NCBI RefSeq assembly: GCF_006345805.1
Contig: NC_043000.1
Coordinates: forward strand, 96,472,001-96,536,000
Origin: Octopus sinensis
Taxonomy: Eukaryota
Direction of reading: 5' to 3'
DNA: 64,000 nucleotides
Shown here in pieces: positions 51,019 to 64,000 of the stretch. Below the pieces are notes generated by a model that saw nothing but the letters and a program-made list of their open reading frames with translations, was not told where the DNA came from and did not search any database. A program made the translations under genes and the position numbers. Every line of letters starts with the position of its first letter. Within the stretch, counting starts at the first letter, position 1.

Positions 51019-51103
51019 AAAGACAAATGGCAGCTATTCCTGGAATCCGCCCAGTAGAACATCCAGTATGAGCAGTCTCCTCAGTATTCCAAGCATACAA
51101 CAG
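51019..51103 (+). CDS. FYCO1: FYCO1-like, coding exon 6 (RKTNGSYSWNPPSRTSSMSSLLSIPSIQQ)
   Basis: AG/GT bounded, 85 nt, phase 2-0. W.PPSR.SSMSSL motif that follows the RUN domain in FYCO1. Confidence 0.9.
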
Positions 51104-52439
51104 GTTAAGTAATGTTGTTATACATTATGTATTATAATTTTATAGGTTTTCTTGCTGTGTGTTCATCATCATTTAACATCCTCTTTTCCATGTTTGTGTG
51201 GGTCAGATAAAATTTGTTGAGACAGATTTTCTGCAGCTGGATGCCCTTCCTGTAGCCAATATTCATTTATTTCTATGAAAGATTGGAAATGAACAATATT
51301 GCTTGTTTGGCAGAAATGCTCGTATATGATCATCACAGGATGTCAATATAAGGATACATACTCATATTTGACATGTCTTTTTCAGCTTCTGTCTTTGAAA
51401 TTCACTCACAAGGCTTTGTTCAGCCTAGGACTGTAGTAGGAAGCATTTGTTCAAGTTGTTACACAGTGGGACTGAACCTGAAATCGTGGTTCAGAATCAA
51501 ATTTTTAAAGCACACAGCCACTCCTTCACTGAGTGTTTAATAAATTTGTATATGGATGCAGACATGGCTGTGTGGTTTAAAAAAAAATGGAAATTTGGGC
51601 AAGTGTCTTCTACTACTGCCTTGGATTGACCAATATCATATTAGAAATATTTGGTAGATGGAGGCTGTATGGAAGTCCAGAAATATATGCATGAGCACAT
51701 CTGCACATCATCATCATTAGCGTTTGCTTTCCACGCTGGGTTAAATGGTTTGACTGAAACTGGTAAACTGGAGAGTTGCACCAGGTTCCAATCTGATTTG
51801 GTACAGTTTCTACAGCTGGATGCCCTTCTTAATACCAACCACTCCAAGAGTGTAATGGGTGCTTTTTACATGCCACTGGTGCAGCTGCCAGTTACATGAC
51901 ACCAGCATCGACCACAGCTATGCTTTCACTTCGCTTAATGAGTCTTCTCAAACATGGCATATTGCCAAAGGTCTCGGTCACTTATCACCTTTATGAGGCC
52001 CAACATTCGAAGGGTGCTTTTTACATGCCACCGGCACGGGTACCTGTTACGTGGTCCCAGCATCAGCCACAACTAGGGTTTGTCTTGGCTTGATGAGTCT
52101 TCTCAAGTACAACATATTGCCAAAAGTCTCAGTCACTTGTCATTGCCTCTGTGAGGCCCAGTGTTCCATATGTATGAAAAAATTATGTCTTGTTCAACTC
52201 TTGCTGCTATTTCCATGCTGGTATGAGTTGGGTGGTCTTGCTGGGGTAGTACTCTATGATTGAAAGCCCTTCCTGATGCAAACCCTTACTTATTTTCAAG
52301 TAAGGTACTTTATTCTCCTGATCTTTGCACATCAAACTGTGACAAAGTAGGATGTACTATTTTTGCTGGACATCAACAATCTTCAACAATAACCAACAGA
52401 TGTTGACGTGAAGATGTGCAGAGATGCACAGACACACAT

Positions 52440-52633
52440 ATGCATTTATACATGCATACATACATGCATACACACAAGCATACATACATGCATACATACA
52501 TACATACATGCATACATACATACATGCATACATGCATGCATACATTCATACATACATGCATACATATACATGCGCACATACATACATACATACATATACA
52601 TACACATACATACATACATACATACATACATAC
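52440..52633. repeat. (TACA)/(TGCA) degenerate microsatellite
   Basis: Read directly. Confidence 0.95.
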
Positions 52634-54343
52634 CCAACAGGCATATCCTTATACATGTGCATTTGTCTGCCTGTTTTCTATGTATGTCTTCATATTGATA
52701 CCACTTGGAGAGCAGTGATGTTTATATATGTCCAGTGTAAACAATATATCATATACCTCAACATGCTGACATGCAAAGACTAGTGAAATAAAGCACTTTA
52801 CTTGAAAACAAACAGGTTAGCATTAGGATAAGGTGTTCAGGCCATAGAAAATTGGTTCAAGAAGCCTTGTCTAACCCATACCAGCATGGAGAAATGAGCG
52901 CAAAAGCATTGCTTCTGCTGCTGCTTATGATAGCATCACATCTATGTGTGTAACCTTTTTGTTACCGTTTTTCTGTTGAAATACAGTCTTTTGTGTCAGT
53001 TAATTTTGAAAATAATGAAGAATTTATTGAAATAACTTTGTTATTGTTTAACCTTTTTGTTACCATATTTTCATTGAAATACACTGCATTTGTTTAAATT
53101 AATTTTGGGGAAAAAAAAGATGAATTATCTTTATTTAGCCTTTTCATTACCATATTTCTGTTGAAATAGACTGCTTCTGTTTCAATTAACGTTGAATATA
53201 ATGAAGAATTTATTAACATAACTTAGTTGTTATTAAGTTGATGTCTGGAACACACATTAATTTTAAGGGAAGGTTTTAATTTAGATTCATCATCTTCATT
53301 TAATGTCTACTTTCCATACTGGCATGGGTTGGACAGTTTGACAGGAGCTGGCAAGCCAGAGAGCTGTCCCGGCTCCAATTGTCTATTTTTGCATGGTTTC
53401 TACAGCTTGATGCCCCTCCTAATGCCAGCCACTATACAGTGTGCACTGGGTGCTTTTTATGTACTACCAGCACTGGTGCTTTTAAGTGACATTGGCATGA
53501 TTGCTTATTACATGGCACCAGCACAAGTGCATTTTAAGTGAAATTGGTATGAGTACACTCTATGTGGTACTAGTGGCGAGCTGGCAGAATCGCTAGCATG
53601 GTGGGCGAAATGCTTAGCGGCATTTTGTCTGTCTCTATGTTCTGAGGGGTCGACTTTGCCTTTCATCCTTTCGGGGTCAATAAACAAAGTACTAGTTGCG
53701 TACTGGGGTTGATCTAATCGACTGGCCTCCTCCCCCAAAATTTCACATCTTGTGCCTAGAGTAGAAAAAAGTATGAGTGCATTTTACATGGCACTAGCAA
53801 TAGAGCACCATATGTGGCACTGGCAAGTGTACATCTTACATAGCACTGGCACAACTGCATTTTATGTGGCACTGGCACCCACAAGACAAAGCCAACTCAG
53901 CTGGGAGAGGGAGAGGGAGTAGGGGCATGACCATAAAGGGCTTTCCTGTATGTATGGATGTCCGCTATTTTATGTCTTCTCAAGTACAGCAATTAGCCAG
54001 AAGTTTCGGTTCCTTGCCATCTCCTTAGTGAGGCCCAGCATCTGAAGATCCTTTCTCACCACTTCATCCCATGTCTTCCTGGGTCTACTCCTTCTACAGG
54101 TCCTCTCCACAATTAGAGATCAGTACTTCTTTATGCAGCTGTCCTCATCTAAATTTGTATCATAGAACTTGGGGAAGTCTCTGACAGATTGATATCAGCT
54201 TATTTAATACACACATATTTTGTCTTGTCACAAAATTCATAACTGGCATTGTATTGATAATCAAACCATTAATAATTTTCATATTTGGTTGCATTCTATG
54301 TTATTGTGGTACTGTGTTTAATGTAGTTTGGTTCTGTTTACAG

Positions 54344-54564
54344 GATAGCCCATCTTCCAAAATAGATGTTGCTTCCTCCTTTACTGAATCCATTGATGAA
54401 CAGTACATGTCCCCTCGAGAAACAAATTCTAATGTCTCCTGTTCAGAACTGTACTCTAAAATTGAAGAATTAGAAGAGGAAAAGTTCACTACAAGTCAGG
54501 AGGTGGCTCTTTGGGTTAAGAGACTTAATGAGATGAAAGAAAAATACAGAACACTGAAACAAGA
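54344..54564 (+). CDS. FYCO1: FYCO1-like, coding exon 7 (DSPSSKIDV...[12 protein letters not shown])
   Basis: TTTACAG acceptor, GTGAGT donor, 221 nt, phase 0-2, open frame, start of coiled coil. Confidence 0.85.
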
Positions 54565-54569
54565 GTGAG

Positions 54570-54708
54570 TGATGATGATAATTCTTCTTCTTCTTCTTCT
54601 TCTTCTTCTTCTTCTTCTCCTCCTCCTCCTCCTCCTCCTCCTCCTCCTCCCATCCTCTCCTATCTCCTCCTCCCCTCCTCCTCACCACCACCACTCGCCA
54701 AAAGGAGC

Positions 54709-54770
<62 letters not shown>
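54570..54770. repeat. (GAT)(TTC)n(TCC)n(TA)n compound tract in the short intron between exons 7 and 8
   Basis: Read directly. Confidence 0.95.
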
Positions 54771-54771
<1 letters not shown>

Positions 54772-55039
54772 TTTTTTTTGTTTGTGCATCAACATGCCTG
54801 TGTATACATGTATGTATGTATGCATATATATATGTATGCATATATATACATGTATTCTGCATATTCATGTGTTTGTGTGTGCATGTTTGTGTGTTTGCGT
54901 ATGTGTGTGTGTGTGTGTGCTAAATGTATTTCTAAATATATCTATGACAATTTCTTTTTTCAAACTGTGATCATTATCACTGAATAGACTACCTTCTGTT
55001 TAGTTTTCACCTCAATTAGTTTAATTTCTTTGTTTGTAG

Positions 55040-55688
55040 GTATGATAGTCTGAGTATGGAATTCAGCAGTTCACAGCAAGCCTGGCAAGATGAAAAAGAC
55101 AGATTAGATTTAGAACGCAGAAATCTTACGGAAGGTCTCAAGTCTCTCCAGGACAAATTAACTGAGATAGAACATGAACACGAACAGATTGTTAATACTA
55201 ACAAATCCAGAATAGAAGTCCTGGAGAAGGAGAAAGCTATTCTGGAACATCAAATAAATAGTCTCAAGTCAACAGAGGTTGAATTTGCTGAATCAACGGC
55301 AGTTCAAGAAGAACAGTTTCAGTCTTTGTCGTCATCGCAAGAAAATGAAAATGATGATAATGATATTAATGAAGATGATGATGATGTTCATGATAATGTT
55401 GTTGTTGATGATGATGATGATGATGATGATGTCGTTGATAATGAAGACAGTGTAGAATATCTGAAGCATGAATATGAAAAGATCTTATGGGAAAATCGAC
55501 GTCTGCAGCGGAAATGTGAAGATTTTGAAGAGGTGCAACGAGAACTGCACAGGCAGAATGAAGAGCTTGTGATGCTACAACAGTCGGTTGAAGAGAAGGC
55601 TGAGCTGTTAAACAAATACCAGCAACAATCTCAGCAACTAAAATCTACCTTGAATAATCTTTTAGATTTTGATTCTATTGTTGATCAG
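55040..55688 (+). CDS. FYCO1: FYCO1-like, coding exon 8 (coiled coil with Asp-rich insert)
   Basis: TTTGTAG acceptor, GTAAGT donor, 649 nt, phase 2-0. Matches the ORF at 55056, with E/K/Q-rich heptads. Confidence 0.88.
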
Positions 55689-55723
55689 GTAAGTTATGTT
55701 TATATTCTGGATACATTTGTTAA

Positions 55724-55941
55724 CCTTTTTGGTGCCAACCTGCCTGAAACCACCCTTGGTTCTATAATACAAATTCTGTTTTGAAATGAGTTGACATAAA
55801 AATCTCCTATCAAAATTTCATGTTAATTTATATTCCAAACAGCAGCTTAATAAAGACAGAGTTATTTTAACAAATTTATTATTTTCAAAATTACTTGAAA
55901 TAAAGGTAGTATATTTCAATAGAAACATGGTAACAAAGCGG
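55724..55941. mobile_element. Second piggyBac-like MITE family
   Basis: TTAA|CCTTTTTGG ... GGTAACAAAGCGG|TTAT. Partial relatives at about 38697-38900 and a triplicated end at 52950-53280. Confidence 0.55.
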
Positions 55942-57237
55942 TTATAGGATATAAAAATAACTATGAAAATTATATAGATTACAGATTATTAAATTTGATA
56001 TATTAGCAGAAAGATCACCCTCCGAGCAGTTTTCTGCTAGCCCCTTGCTAATATTTTCTCATTTGATTCCCAATTGTAATAATTTTTATATTTTACTGCT
56101 AATTATTTCTTTGTCTAATAGTGCTTACTTGCTTAGTAAATATTACTTTCATCATTTTATCACAGTCATAATCTCTCTCTTTTAAACAAACATCTTGGTA
56201 GTCTAACAACAAAGGGAGAAGCAATTTGTCAAGCTTTACCTTCCCCACAAAGCAACATAGAGATTACAATTCAGCAGCACATCTGTAAGCTTTGCAGTGT
56301 ATGTGTGTGTGTGAGAGAGAGAGAGAACATTGCAAACAATGAATGAAATAAACATGAAATGAAAAATCATATAAATAAAAGGGCATTACTTCAGATGTAT
56401 ATGCCCCCAACTTTTTTGCCTCATAACATCCAGAAAAAGGATACTTTTTAACAAAATTTTCTACAAATACCGCTTAGATGTTGTGGCTTCAGAGTATATA
56501 GGGATTTATGGGAAAGAATTTTTCCAAGGGGATGGAGAGAGGAGTTTTGGAAAATTCACATGATCTGATTTTTTTTCCCCTCATAACTTTCAGGAAAATG
56601 GGTATCTTTTAATGAAAATTTATACAAATCCCTTTCAAACGACATAGATTACGATTATAAAGAAATTTGTGGGGAAAATTTTTTTAGGGATTTTCCCCAT
56701 TTTTTTAAACTACAGCCTTCAAAATGATGGGGTTGGTAGATGGGAAGCATCTTTGTATGAAAAAGTTTTGAAAACTCTTTTCTTTTTACAACTCCTCCTC
56801 TCTCATCATCCCACTCTGGACCTATTTTGACCAATTGTTTTTGCACTTCAAAACCATGGGGTGAGCATTTTCATTAAAAAATTAATTTTAATTGTTAGTA
56901 TTTTCAGAGGGAAATATGAGTGCTTTAAGGGCGATTTGGCTGTTGTTTTTAGTGCATCCAAAGACAACCTTCCTTGTTTCTTTATCGCTCTCACATGTAT
57001 TGATGTTTTCTCAATATTTTCCCCATAAATACATTTATATGCTATAAAAAAGAAAATTTGAGAAATTATGAATTTTTTGCAACCCCACTTCCTTCCCCGA
57101 TTGTGTCTGTTTAGAAATTAAAATATTGGAGAGCCTGAGAAGGTCATTGCTGGCATTTATCCACAGTGATTTAAAAAAATTATGGAAATGTACTTGCATA
57201 GCAAGTGACTTGATCTGAGATCATGTGCTGAAACAAA

Positions 57238-57533
57238 AACAATTGCAGCATGGAAGATGTTTGTAAGCCATTCAAGAACACACAAAAACAGCTAGTTTCA
57301 CTTCAACATTTAAATTTCATTTGTGTCAAAATATTTTTGTTGCTTTGAAACCGCGACCTGTTCGCTGACAAAACTTCACAGAAGTGATGCAGCACGAAGT
57401 TTTGTCAGTGAACAGGTCACGGTTTCAAAGCAACAAAAATATTTTCACACAAATGAAATTTAAATGTTAGAGTGAAACTAACTTCTTGTGTGTTCTTGAA
57501 TGGCTTACACACATCTTCCACACTGCAATTGTT
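57238..57533. repeat. Long inverted repeat (about 140-bp arms, 18-nt loop)
   Basis: 57238-57377 is the near-exact reverse complement of 57396-57533. Confidence 0.95.
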
Positions 57534-59073
57534 GTTGATTTAAAAAAAAGAGTTATGTAAACAATAATTCTTTTTAATAGCATACTTTTCAGTTAGATTT
57601 TTTTCTTAGACACACACATGGCTTCACTTGATTCAGGTGGAGGTAAAAATTTAGATTACAATTTATTTTGTTGTTTTTCTTCTACCAATGGACCATGCGT
57701 GTGTTACTTCGGCATTATCATTCTATAAAATGTGTTTAATGGGAGAAAAATATTGAAAAAACATCAATACATGTGAGAGTGAAAAAGGAGGGTGGTTTGG
57801 GTTGTACTAGAAACAACAGCGAAACTTCCCTTGAATCGTTCACCTTTTCCTTTGAAAATATTTACAGTTTTATTATATTTTTTATGTTACCAAAAAGACT
57901 CCTCCCATGGTTTTTAAGTTAAAGAGGCAAAATGGCCCAAATTGCTCCAGATAGTTATTATTCTAAAGCTTATAGTGTTCCAGTCATAACAACAAAATCA
58001 CTTTAAAATTTGTTTTACAAAAATTATATGGGTATTTTAAAAACTTTTCATTCAAAAATAATGTTTTTACATTACGTATACATTAATAGAATAAACTGTC
58101 AGTTTTCCAAATACTGAATTAAAACTTAAAATGAAAATATTAAAAGAGAGAGTGAGATACTTTGCAAATGCAAATGGAATACTCTGCAGTGAATGCAATG
58201 AATATTTAAATTTGCAAGAAATTGGAGTTAAACAATTCAAGAAACTTGAGAAGTTGAAATTATAGAAAATTTCTTAGAACATGAATTTATAAAATTATTT
58301 CCAGATGGTCAACCTTTTAATAATTGCTTTCTTTTAGTACTTTTAGTAATTGTTATATATCTAATTAATAAGCAGACTTCTCCGTTATAGTATAGAGATG
58401 CAAATATATATTTATTCTTGTTAAGGAAGTATGATGTTAAGAGCCCAAGATAGAAAGGGAAGTGACTCCATCAATTACAGGATTGTGACTTCAACTGTAC
58501 TTAATGTCACTCAATAGTGGTAATATAGCAGGGATAGTTCCTCTGAGGCTTCATGCAACAGTGGATTAAAATCAGCTGGGTGGAACCTTATAGAACTATT
58601 ACTAAAATCAAATGATGATTTGAGTGTGGACGCCACTACTGGAATCAGTAGAGTGGTGGACATGTAGTATTTCATTATATTCTTTTATGTTTTGAGTTCA
58701 AATCTCACTGAGATTGACTTTGCCTTTCATCCTTCCAGTGTCAGTAAAATAAATGTCTGCTGAATACTGAGGTCTATCTATTCAACTACATAAATCCTCC
58801 AAATTTGAAGCTATATTATTATAGTTTATCTATCAGTAATAAATACCAAATCCTCTGAGAATGGGATCTGTGGTAGCCTGGCATCCTATCCAGGTAGAAA
58901 TTTATCTTCTACCACACATATCTAACTGCTCCTTTGGTCATCACGGCATTTATTTGCCACTTCGGTTGTCCGGCGTGCCGTGTCATCTGCCAGCTGGTTT
59001 GGTGTTGGGATGTCGTGCGCATTTGCAACGATGAAAAACCACCACTTCCGTAGTTAGCTCGCTGCTGTTCGGA

Positions 59074-59145
59074 AAGGATCGATGACCATGCTTTCATGGT
59101 CTGTATTTGTACTGAAAATCGAGATCGAGTGAGCTTTTGCCCTTT
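59074..59145 (-). pseudogene. 28S (LSU) rRNA fragment
   Basis: Minus strand AAGGGCAAAAGCTCACTCGATCTCGATTTTCAGTACAAATACAGACCATGAAAGC...CGATCCTT matches, from memory, a conserved eukaryotic 28S segment with CpG-type changes. Confidence 0.8.
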
Positions 59146-59362
59146 GCACACACACGCACACACACTAATGTATTTATTAGAGTTTTTAAGAAATGGGTGT
59201 GAAAAGTCTGTAGAATAACAAATGATTAAATATTAAATAAATCATATATTAAATAAATTAATAGAGATAATGTTAATATGAATGATGAAAGGAATGGAGA
59301 ATATGATAAAAATTAGTTCAAATATGGTAATTAATTTGTCTCTTTTTCTGTTCATATTGCAG

Positions 59363-60379
59363 GATTATATTTCTAACTTTGAATCCCTAGATGACGACTT
59401 GAATGATACTGTAGAAAAACTGTTTGAGTTTGTGAAAGAGGCTAAAAATCTAAATTCTGAAGGAAGATTTCATCAACAAGAACCTAATAAGGAAATTCTA
59501 GCACAAATATCATTGTTAAAGTCAGAATTGGAAGGTTCTAGATCACAAAATGCAGAATTGCAAAAACAAGAATCTGATTTCAGTGAGAAAATGGAAAAAA
59601 TGTCATCTGAGAATTCTTATTTGAAAGAATGTATTCAAAAGTTAGAATGTGATTTAGAAATAAAAGATAAAGAATATAATACATTAGAAGAAAGGAATAA
59701 AGCTTCCAATGATGAGATTAGCAATTTTGGCTGTGAAAGAGAAAATATGATTCTTCAAAATGAAGAGCTGAGTGAAAAACTGCATTCTTTGGAAAATAAT
59801 CACAAGGAATTGATGGCTAAACACTTTGCTCTTCAATCTGAACTCGATGAATATAAGGAACAGTATGAGATGCAAATATCTGTAATAAATGCCAAGCATA
59901 AAGAAACAGAACAACAACTGCTGAGTTCTAAAGAAAAATTCCAAACCAAGCTAAATGAAGTTTTAGAGGAAAACCAAAACCTTACAAAAGAAATGGAAAA
60001 TGTGAAGAAACAAGCAGCTGATTTACATGTGAAAGTAGTAAAATCTGAAACAGAAAAGATTGACTTGCAGCAAGAACTTGATCAAGTTATGTCAGAAAAT
60101 ACAAAATCAAATGATATGCGAATAACATTGCAGTCTGTGATAGATTCTCTACAAGTTGACAAAGACCACTTGATTGAAGAGAAGAAACTCTTGCAGTTAG
60201 CGGAGCAAGATTTCAAGGACAGTTTACTAGAGAAAGAAGAGACTATTGAAAATTTGAGAAAAGAATTTGCAGAAAGCCAAGAATCAATTTCTTCTGAGCT
60301 GAATTTAGTGAAAGAAGAATTGTCTGCAGCCCATTTCCAGTTGAGTGCCCAGCAACTTCAGCATCAAAAGTCTGTGGAG
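59363..60379 (+). CDS. FYCO1: FYCO1-like, coding exon 9 (long coiled coil)
   Basis: TTGCAG acceptor, GT donor at 60380, 1017 nt (339 codons), phase 0-0. Lies within ORF 59282..60388. Confidence 0.88.
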
Positions 60380-61298
60380 GTATTATGAGTTTTATGGCTC
60401 CAAGCAATTTCTTATTTCTTATGTTATGCATGTATGTAGTTGTTCATAATCATCATCATCACCATAATCATCATTATCATTTAGCATCTGTTTTCCATGC
60501 TGGAACTGGTAAGCTGGAGAGCTACACCAGACTCCATTGGTCTATTTTGGCTTGGTTTCTACAGCTGGATGCCCTTCCTAATGTCAACCATTCCATAGAG
60601 TATGCTGAGTGTCTTTTACATATCATTGGCAAGGGTGCCTTTTATTCCATTTATATAATAAGTGCAGGTGTGGTTATATAGTTAAGAAGCTTGCTTCCCA
60701 ACTATGTGGTCCAAGGTTCAATACCACTGCATGGCACCTTGAGCATGTGTCTTCTATATAGTCCAGAGCCAACCAAAACTTAGTTAGTGGATTTGGTTGA
60801 TGGAAACAACTATTACCTATTGTATATGTGTGTGTGTATGTTGTGTGTGTGTGTGTGTGTGAGGGTGGGGTAAACTATCCTGTTGTAGATGACAGATTGG
60901 GGCTCTGCAATTTCTGAATAACCTGCACAGACATTTTTTTTTTTTTCATAGTGATCAAATGTTTGTGCTGTACATTAACACATTACCTCCATCAAATCTA
61001 CATTGCCTGTTAAGGTGTGTGGTGTGTCATATGTCAGATGGTGAAGTGATTGCATAAAGTTAGGAAGTATGAGAAATTAATGCATAGTTATTTCATCATG
61101 TGACTTCCAATGGGTTACAGCCGTTTCGCAACCTTCTTTATTTAGCATTAAGTTCAGTATGCAAGAACTTATGTGTACATTGTTTACATTTATGTGTTTT
61201 GTATTATTCAATACAATTGTATATTCACAAATTAATGCATTAATTTATTTGTATTAAGAATAAAACATGTTAAAAAATATGTTACATATATGTAACAT

Positions 61299-61637
61299 AG
61301 GCACAAGAGTGGCTGTGTGGTAAGTAGCTTGCTTACCAACCACATGGTTCCAGGTTCGGTCCCACTGCGTGACACCTTGGGCAAGTGTCTTCTACTATAG
61401 CTTCGGACTGACCAAAGACTTGTGAGTGGATTTGGAAGACGGAAACTGAAAGAAGCCCGTCGTATATATGTATATATATATGTATGTGTGTATATGTTTG
61501 TGTGTCTGTGTTTGTCCCCACCAACATCGCTTGACAACTGATGCTGGTGTGTTTACGTCCCCATAACTTAGCGGTTCGGCAAAAGAGACCGATAGAATAA
61601 GTACTAGGCTTACAAAGAATAAGTCCTGGGGTCGATT
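61299..61637 (+). mobile_element. tRNA-derived CORE-like SINE family B, best-preserved copy
   Basis: A-box TGGCTGTGTGGTAAG, B-box GGTTCGGTCCC, CORE-like ACCTTGGGCAAGTGTCTT. Other copies at about 14330, 43650, 44845(-), 45455, 47110, 51375(-), 60660, 62710. Confidence 0.88.
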
Positions 61638-61726
61638 TGTAAAAATGTTTCAAGCCTATACATAAGGTTACTTATTTAGCAAAATTATCATTTCATGGAC
61701 ATAATATATCTCTCTTTATGTCACAG

Positions 61727-61867
61727 ACTATGAGTAACAAAGAACGGGAACTACAAGACAGCAATAAAACAGTGAAAGAGAAAGAAGATATTCTCAGACA
61801 CTTACAAGAAGAAAAAGAACAATTGGAAATCACAATGAAGAATCAGGTGGCATGTTTACATGAAATG
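61727..61867 (+). CDS. FYCO1: FYCO1-like, coding exon 10 (TMSNKERELQDS...QVACLHEM); gene continues beyond window
   Basis: CACAG acceptor, GTAAAT donor, 141 nt, phase 0-0, coiled-coil composition. FYVE and GOLD domains are not in the window. Confidence 0.85.
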
Positions 61868-62870
61868 GTAAATCATATTTATATTTAATTAAAAAAAAAA
61901 TTTGCAGTTTTTTTTGTTTTTTTTTTTGCTGTTTTACATTCAGTTTTTCAAAGCTGATATTTCATTTTTCAAACACAGAGATTTGCATGTTATTGAAGTT
62001 GACGGTTTTTTTTTTAATGGAATTCTTTCTTTCAACTCAACTGTAAAAAAGATTGTTTTCAGCTATGAAAACTGATATGAGCAGAGTACAAGCCATATAA
62101 TCAGTTTTGAGAGAGAGAGAAGGAGGGGAAGAGGGTGAGAGAGACCTATGTGTGTGCATGTCAGTGAGATAGACTCATACCTACATACATGCACATAACA
62201 TGTCTGTATATATATGTACATATGTATGTATATACAGATATTAGGCATGCACATGTCCAATATAACATATTAAGTTTTCTAATCATGAGGCATACTACCA
62301 TTAAAGTACTCAATAGCCAACTATTAGATAACTTAGAGCTATGGCATCTATCTCTGTCATCATCATTAAATGTCTGCTTGCTGAGGTGGCATTGGTTGGA
62401 CAGTTCGACAAGATCTGTTTTGGCATAGTTTCTACAGCTGGATGTCCTTCCTGATGCCAATCACTTCTGATCAATTGTCTGATAAAACACAAATAATAAC
62501 CACAATAGAAAACTACTCCCACATCTAGACAGGCTTACGGCTGCACACTAACCCATCTTTGATTACATTAAAAAGAATGCCATGTGGTTGACTGACAAGC
62601 ATTTACTCGACAATACATTCTGATCTCCATTTCACAGATGTGCTGTCACCATATTTTGCCTCTTCTACCAACTACTAAAATAGTCTCTTCTTCTTTTAAC
62701 CATTTAACTACATACGTGGCTGTGTGGTAAGACGCTTTCTTCCCAACCAGATGGTTCAAGGTTCAGTCCCTCAGCTTGGCACCTTGGGAAAGTGTCTTCT
62801 ACTGTAGCCTCAGGCCAACCAAAGCCTTATGAGTGGATTTCATAGATGGAGACTGAAAGAAGCCTGTCAT

Positions 62871-62916
<46 letters not shown>

Positions 62917-62919
<3 letters not shown>

Positions 62920-63105
62920 TCATCATCATCATCATCGTTTAGCGTCCGCTTTCCATGCTAGCATGGGTTGGACGGGTCAACTGGGGTCTGTGAAGCTGGA
63001 AGGCTTCGTCAGGCCCAGTCAGATCTGGCAGTGTTTCTACGGCTGGATGCCCTTCCTAACGCCAACCACTCCGCGAGTGTAGTGGGTGTTTTTTTACGTG
63101 CCACC
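62917..63105 (-). mobile_element. RTE 3' UTR fragment inserted in the (TA)n linker of a SINE
   Basis: Close match to 44590-44775. The SINE head (62710-62870) and tail (63110-63320) flank it. Confidence 0.85.
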
Positions 63106-63449
63106 AATATATTATATATATTTATGTGTGTGTCTTTGTGCCCCCTACCATCACTTAACAACTGATGTTAGTGTGTTTATGTCCCCATAACCTAGCAGTT
63201 CAGTAAAAGAGACAGAATAAATACTAGGTTTACAAAGAATAAGTTCTGGGTTGATTTCTTCAACTAAAAAGCCCTTAAAGGCAGTACTCCAGCATGGCCG
63301 CAGTCAAATGACCGAAACATGTAAAGGAATAGAAGAATCCCATCCCCCACTCAACCCCATCTAACATACCCACCTTTTCTTCACAGAATTGGAAACTTCT
63401 GGAATCCCCATCCTGTCCCTCTATTTTGTTTTTATAAATGTTGACTTAA

Positions 63450-63668
63450 CCCTTTAGTGTTCAGATTATTCTATCAAACATAATTCTTATTGATTCACAT
63501 TAATTTGAATTAATCATGCATTTTCTCATATCTTCAAGATCTTGATGGTGTGATTACTTAATGTAGAATAACATTGTAGGGTAATTGTGAGAGCCTGGAT
63601 CTGGTCAGTTTGAACATAAAACAGATTAAATATTTTGGCTGGATATGGCCGGTTTAAATACTAAAGGG
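63450..63668 (+). mobile_element. piggyBac-type MITE
   Basis: TTAA|CCCTTTAG ... CTAAAGGG|TTAA. Related copies at about 42257-42471 and 49353-49575. Confidence 0.85.
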
Positions 63669-64000
63669 TTAAAGTTGATCCAACTGAACATCAACCATGT
63701 CAAAATCATAAGTCTAGTGTAAGGTGGGTGTTTGGCTATGAAGGTCATGAGCACTGCCCCTTTCTTCTGATTAAGCCATATGTGTATGTGTGTGTGTGTG
63801 TGTAAGCTGATTATATACTCAACATCTATAAAGTAACCTGGATTACTTATTCAGGTCCAATGGTTTACAGGTACCTGTAAATCTTTGCTGGTCTTTGAAC
63901 TGGCTTATCTTTTATTGCTCAATCTCCAAAAATATTTAGAAAAGGATCTGCTGGCTTGCAGGTTGTCAGTGGTGAAATGATTTTTTTTTTCATCCTGGAA

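Noticed and set aside
59282-59362. ATG start of the 368-aa ORF
   Set aside because: Intronic. The frame is entered through the acceptor at 59362.
61120-61180. GAAACGGCTGTAA on the minus strand resembling a hammerhead 3' half
   Set aside because: No matching core or stem II partner found upstream.

Overview
AT-rich, microsatellite-dense eukaryotic DNA. The repeat content suggests an octopod cephalopod, which is an inference. The right half holds the 5' part of a FYCO1-like gene on the + strand: 10 coding exons from 38988 to 61867 with consistent splice phases, 895 codons, a RUN domain and a long coiled coil. The gene continues past the window end. A putative promoter and non-coding first exon lie near 28.5-29.0 kb. 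The rest is mobile DNA: a near full-length Buster/SPIN-type hAT transposon with TIRs and an 8-bp TSD, hAT, piggyBac and mariner MITE-like elements, a Tigger remnant, non-autonomous Helitrons, a solo LTR, R4/Dong-like, RTE, CR1 and Penelope fragments, and three tRNA-derived SINE families. The most striking unexplained signal is a set of minimal type-I hammerhead ribozyme scaffolds in Penelope-like repeats. Across families these show all four Watson-Crick combinations at the core 3-8 pair (C-G, U-A, A-U, G-C), and several sit in inverted-repeat structures. All motifs were read by eye, nothing was searched or folded computationally, and coordinates of degenerate repeats are approximate.
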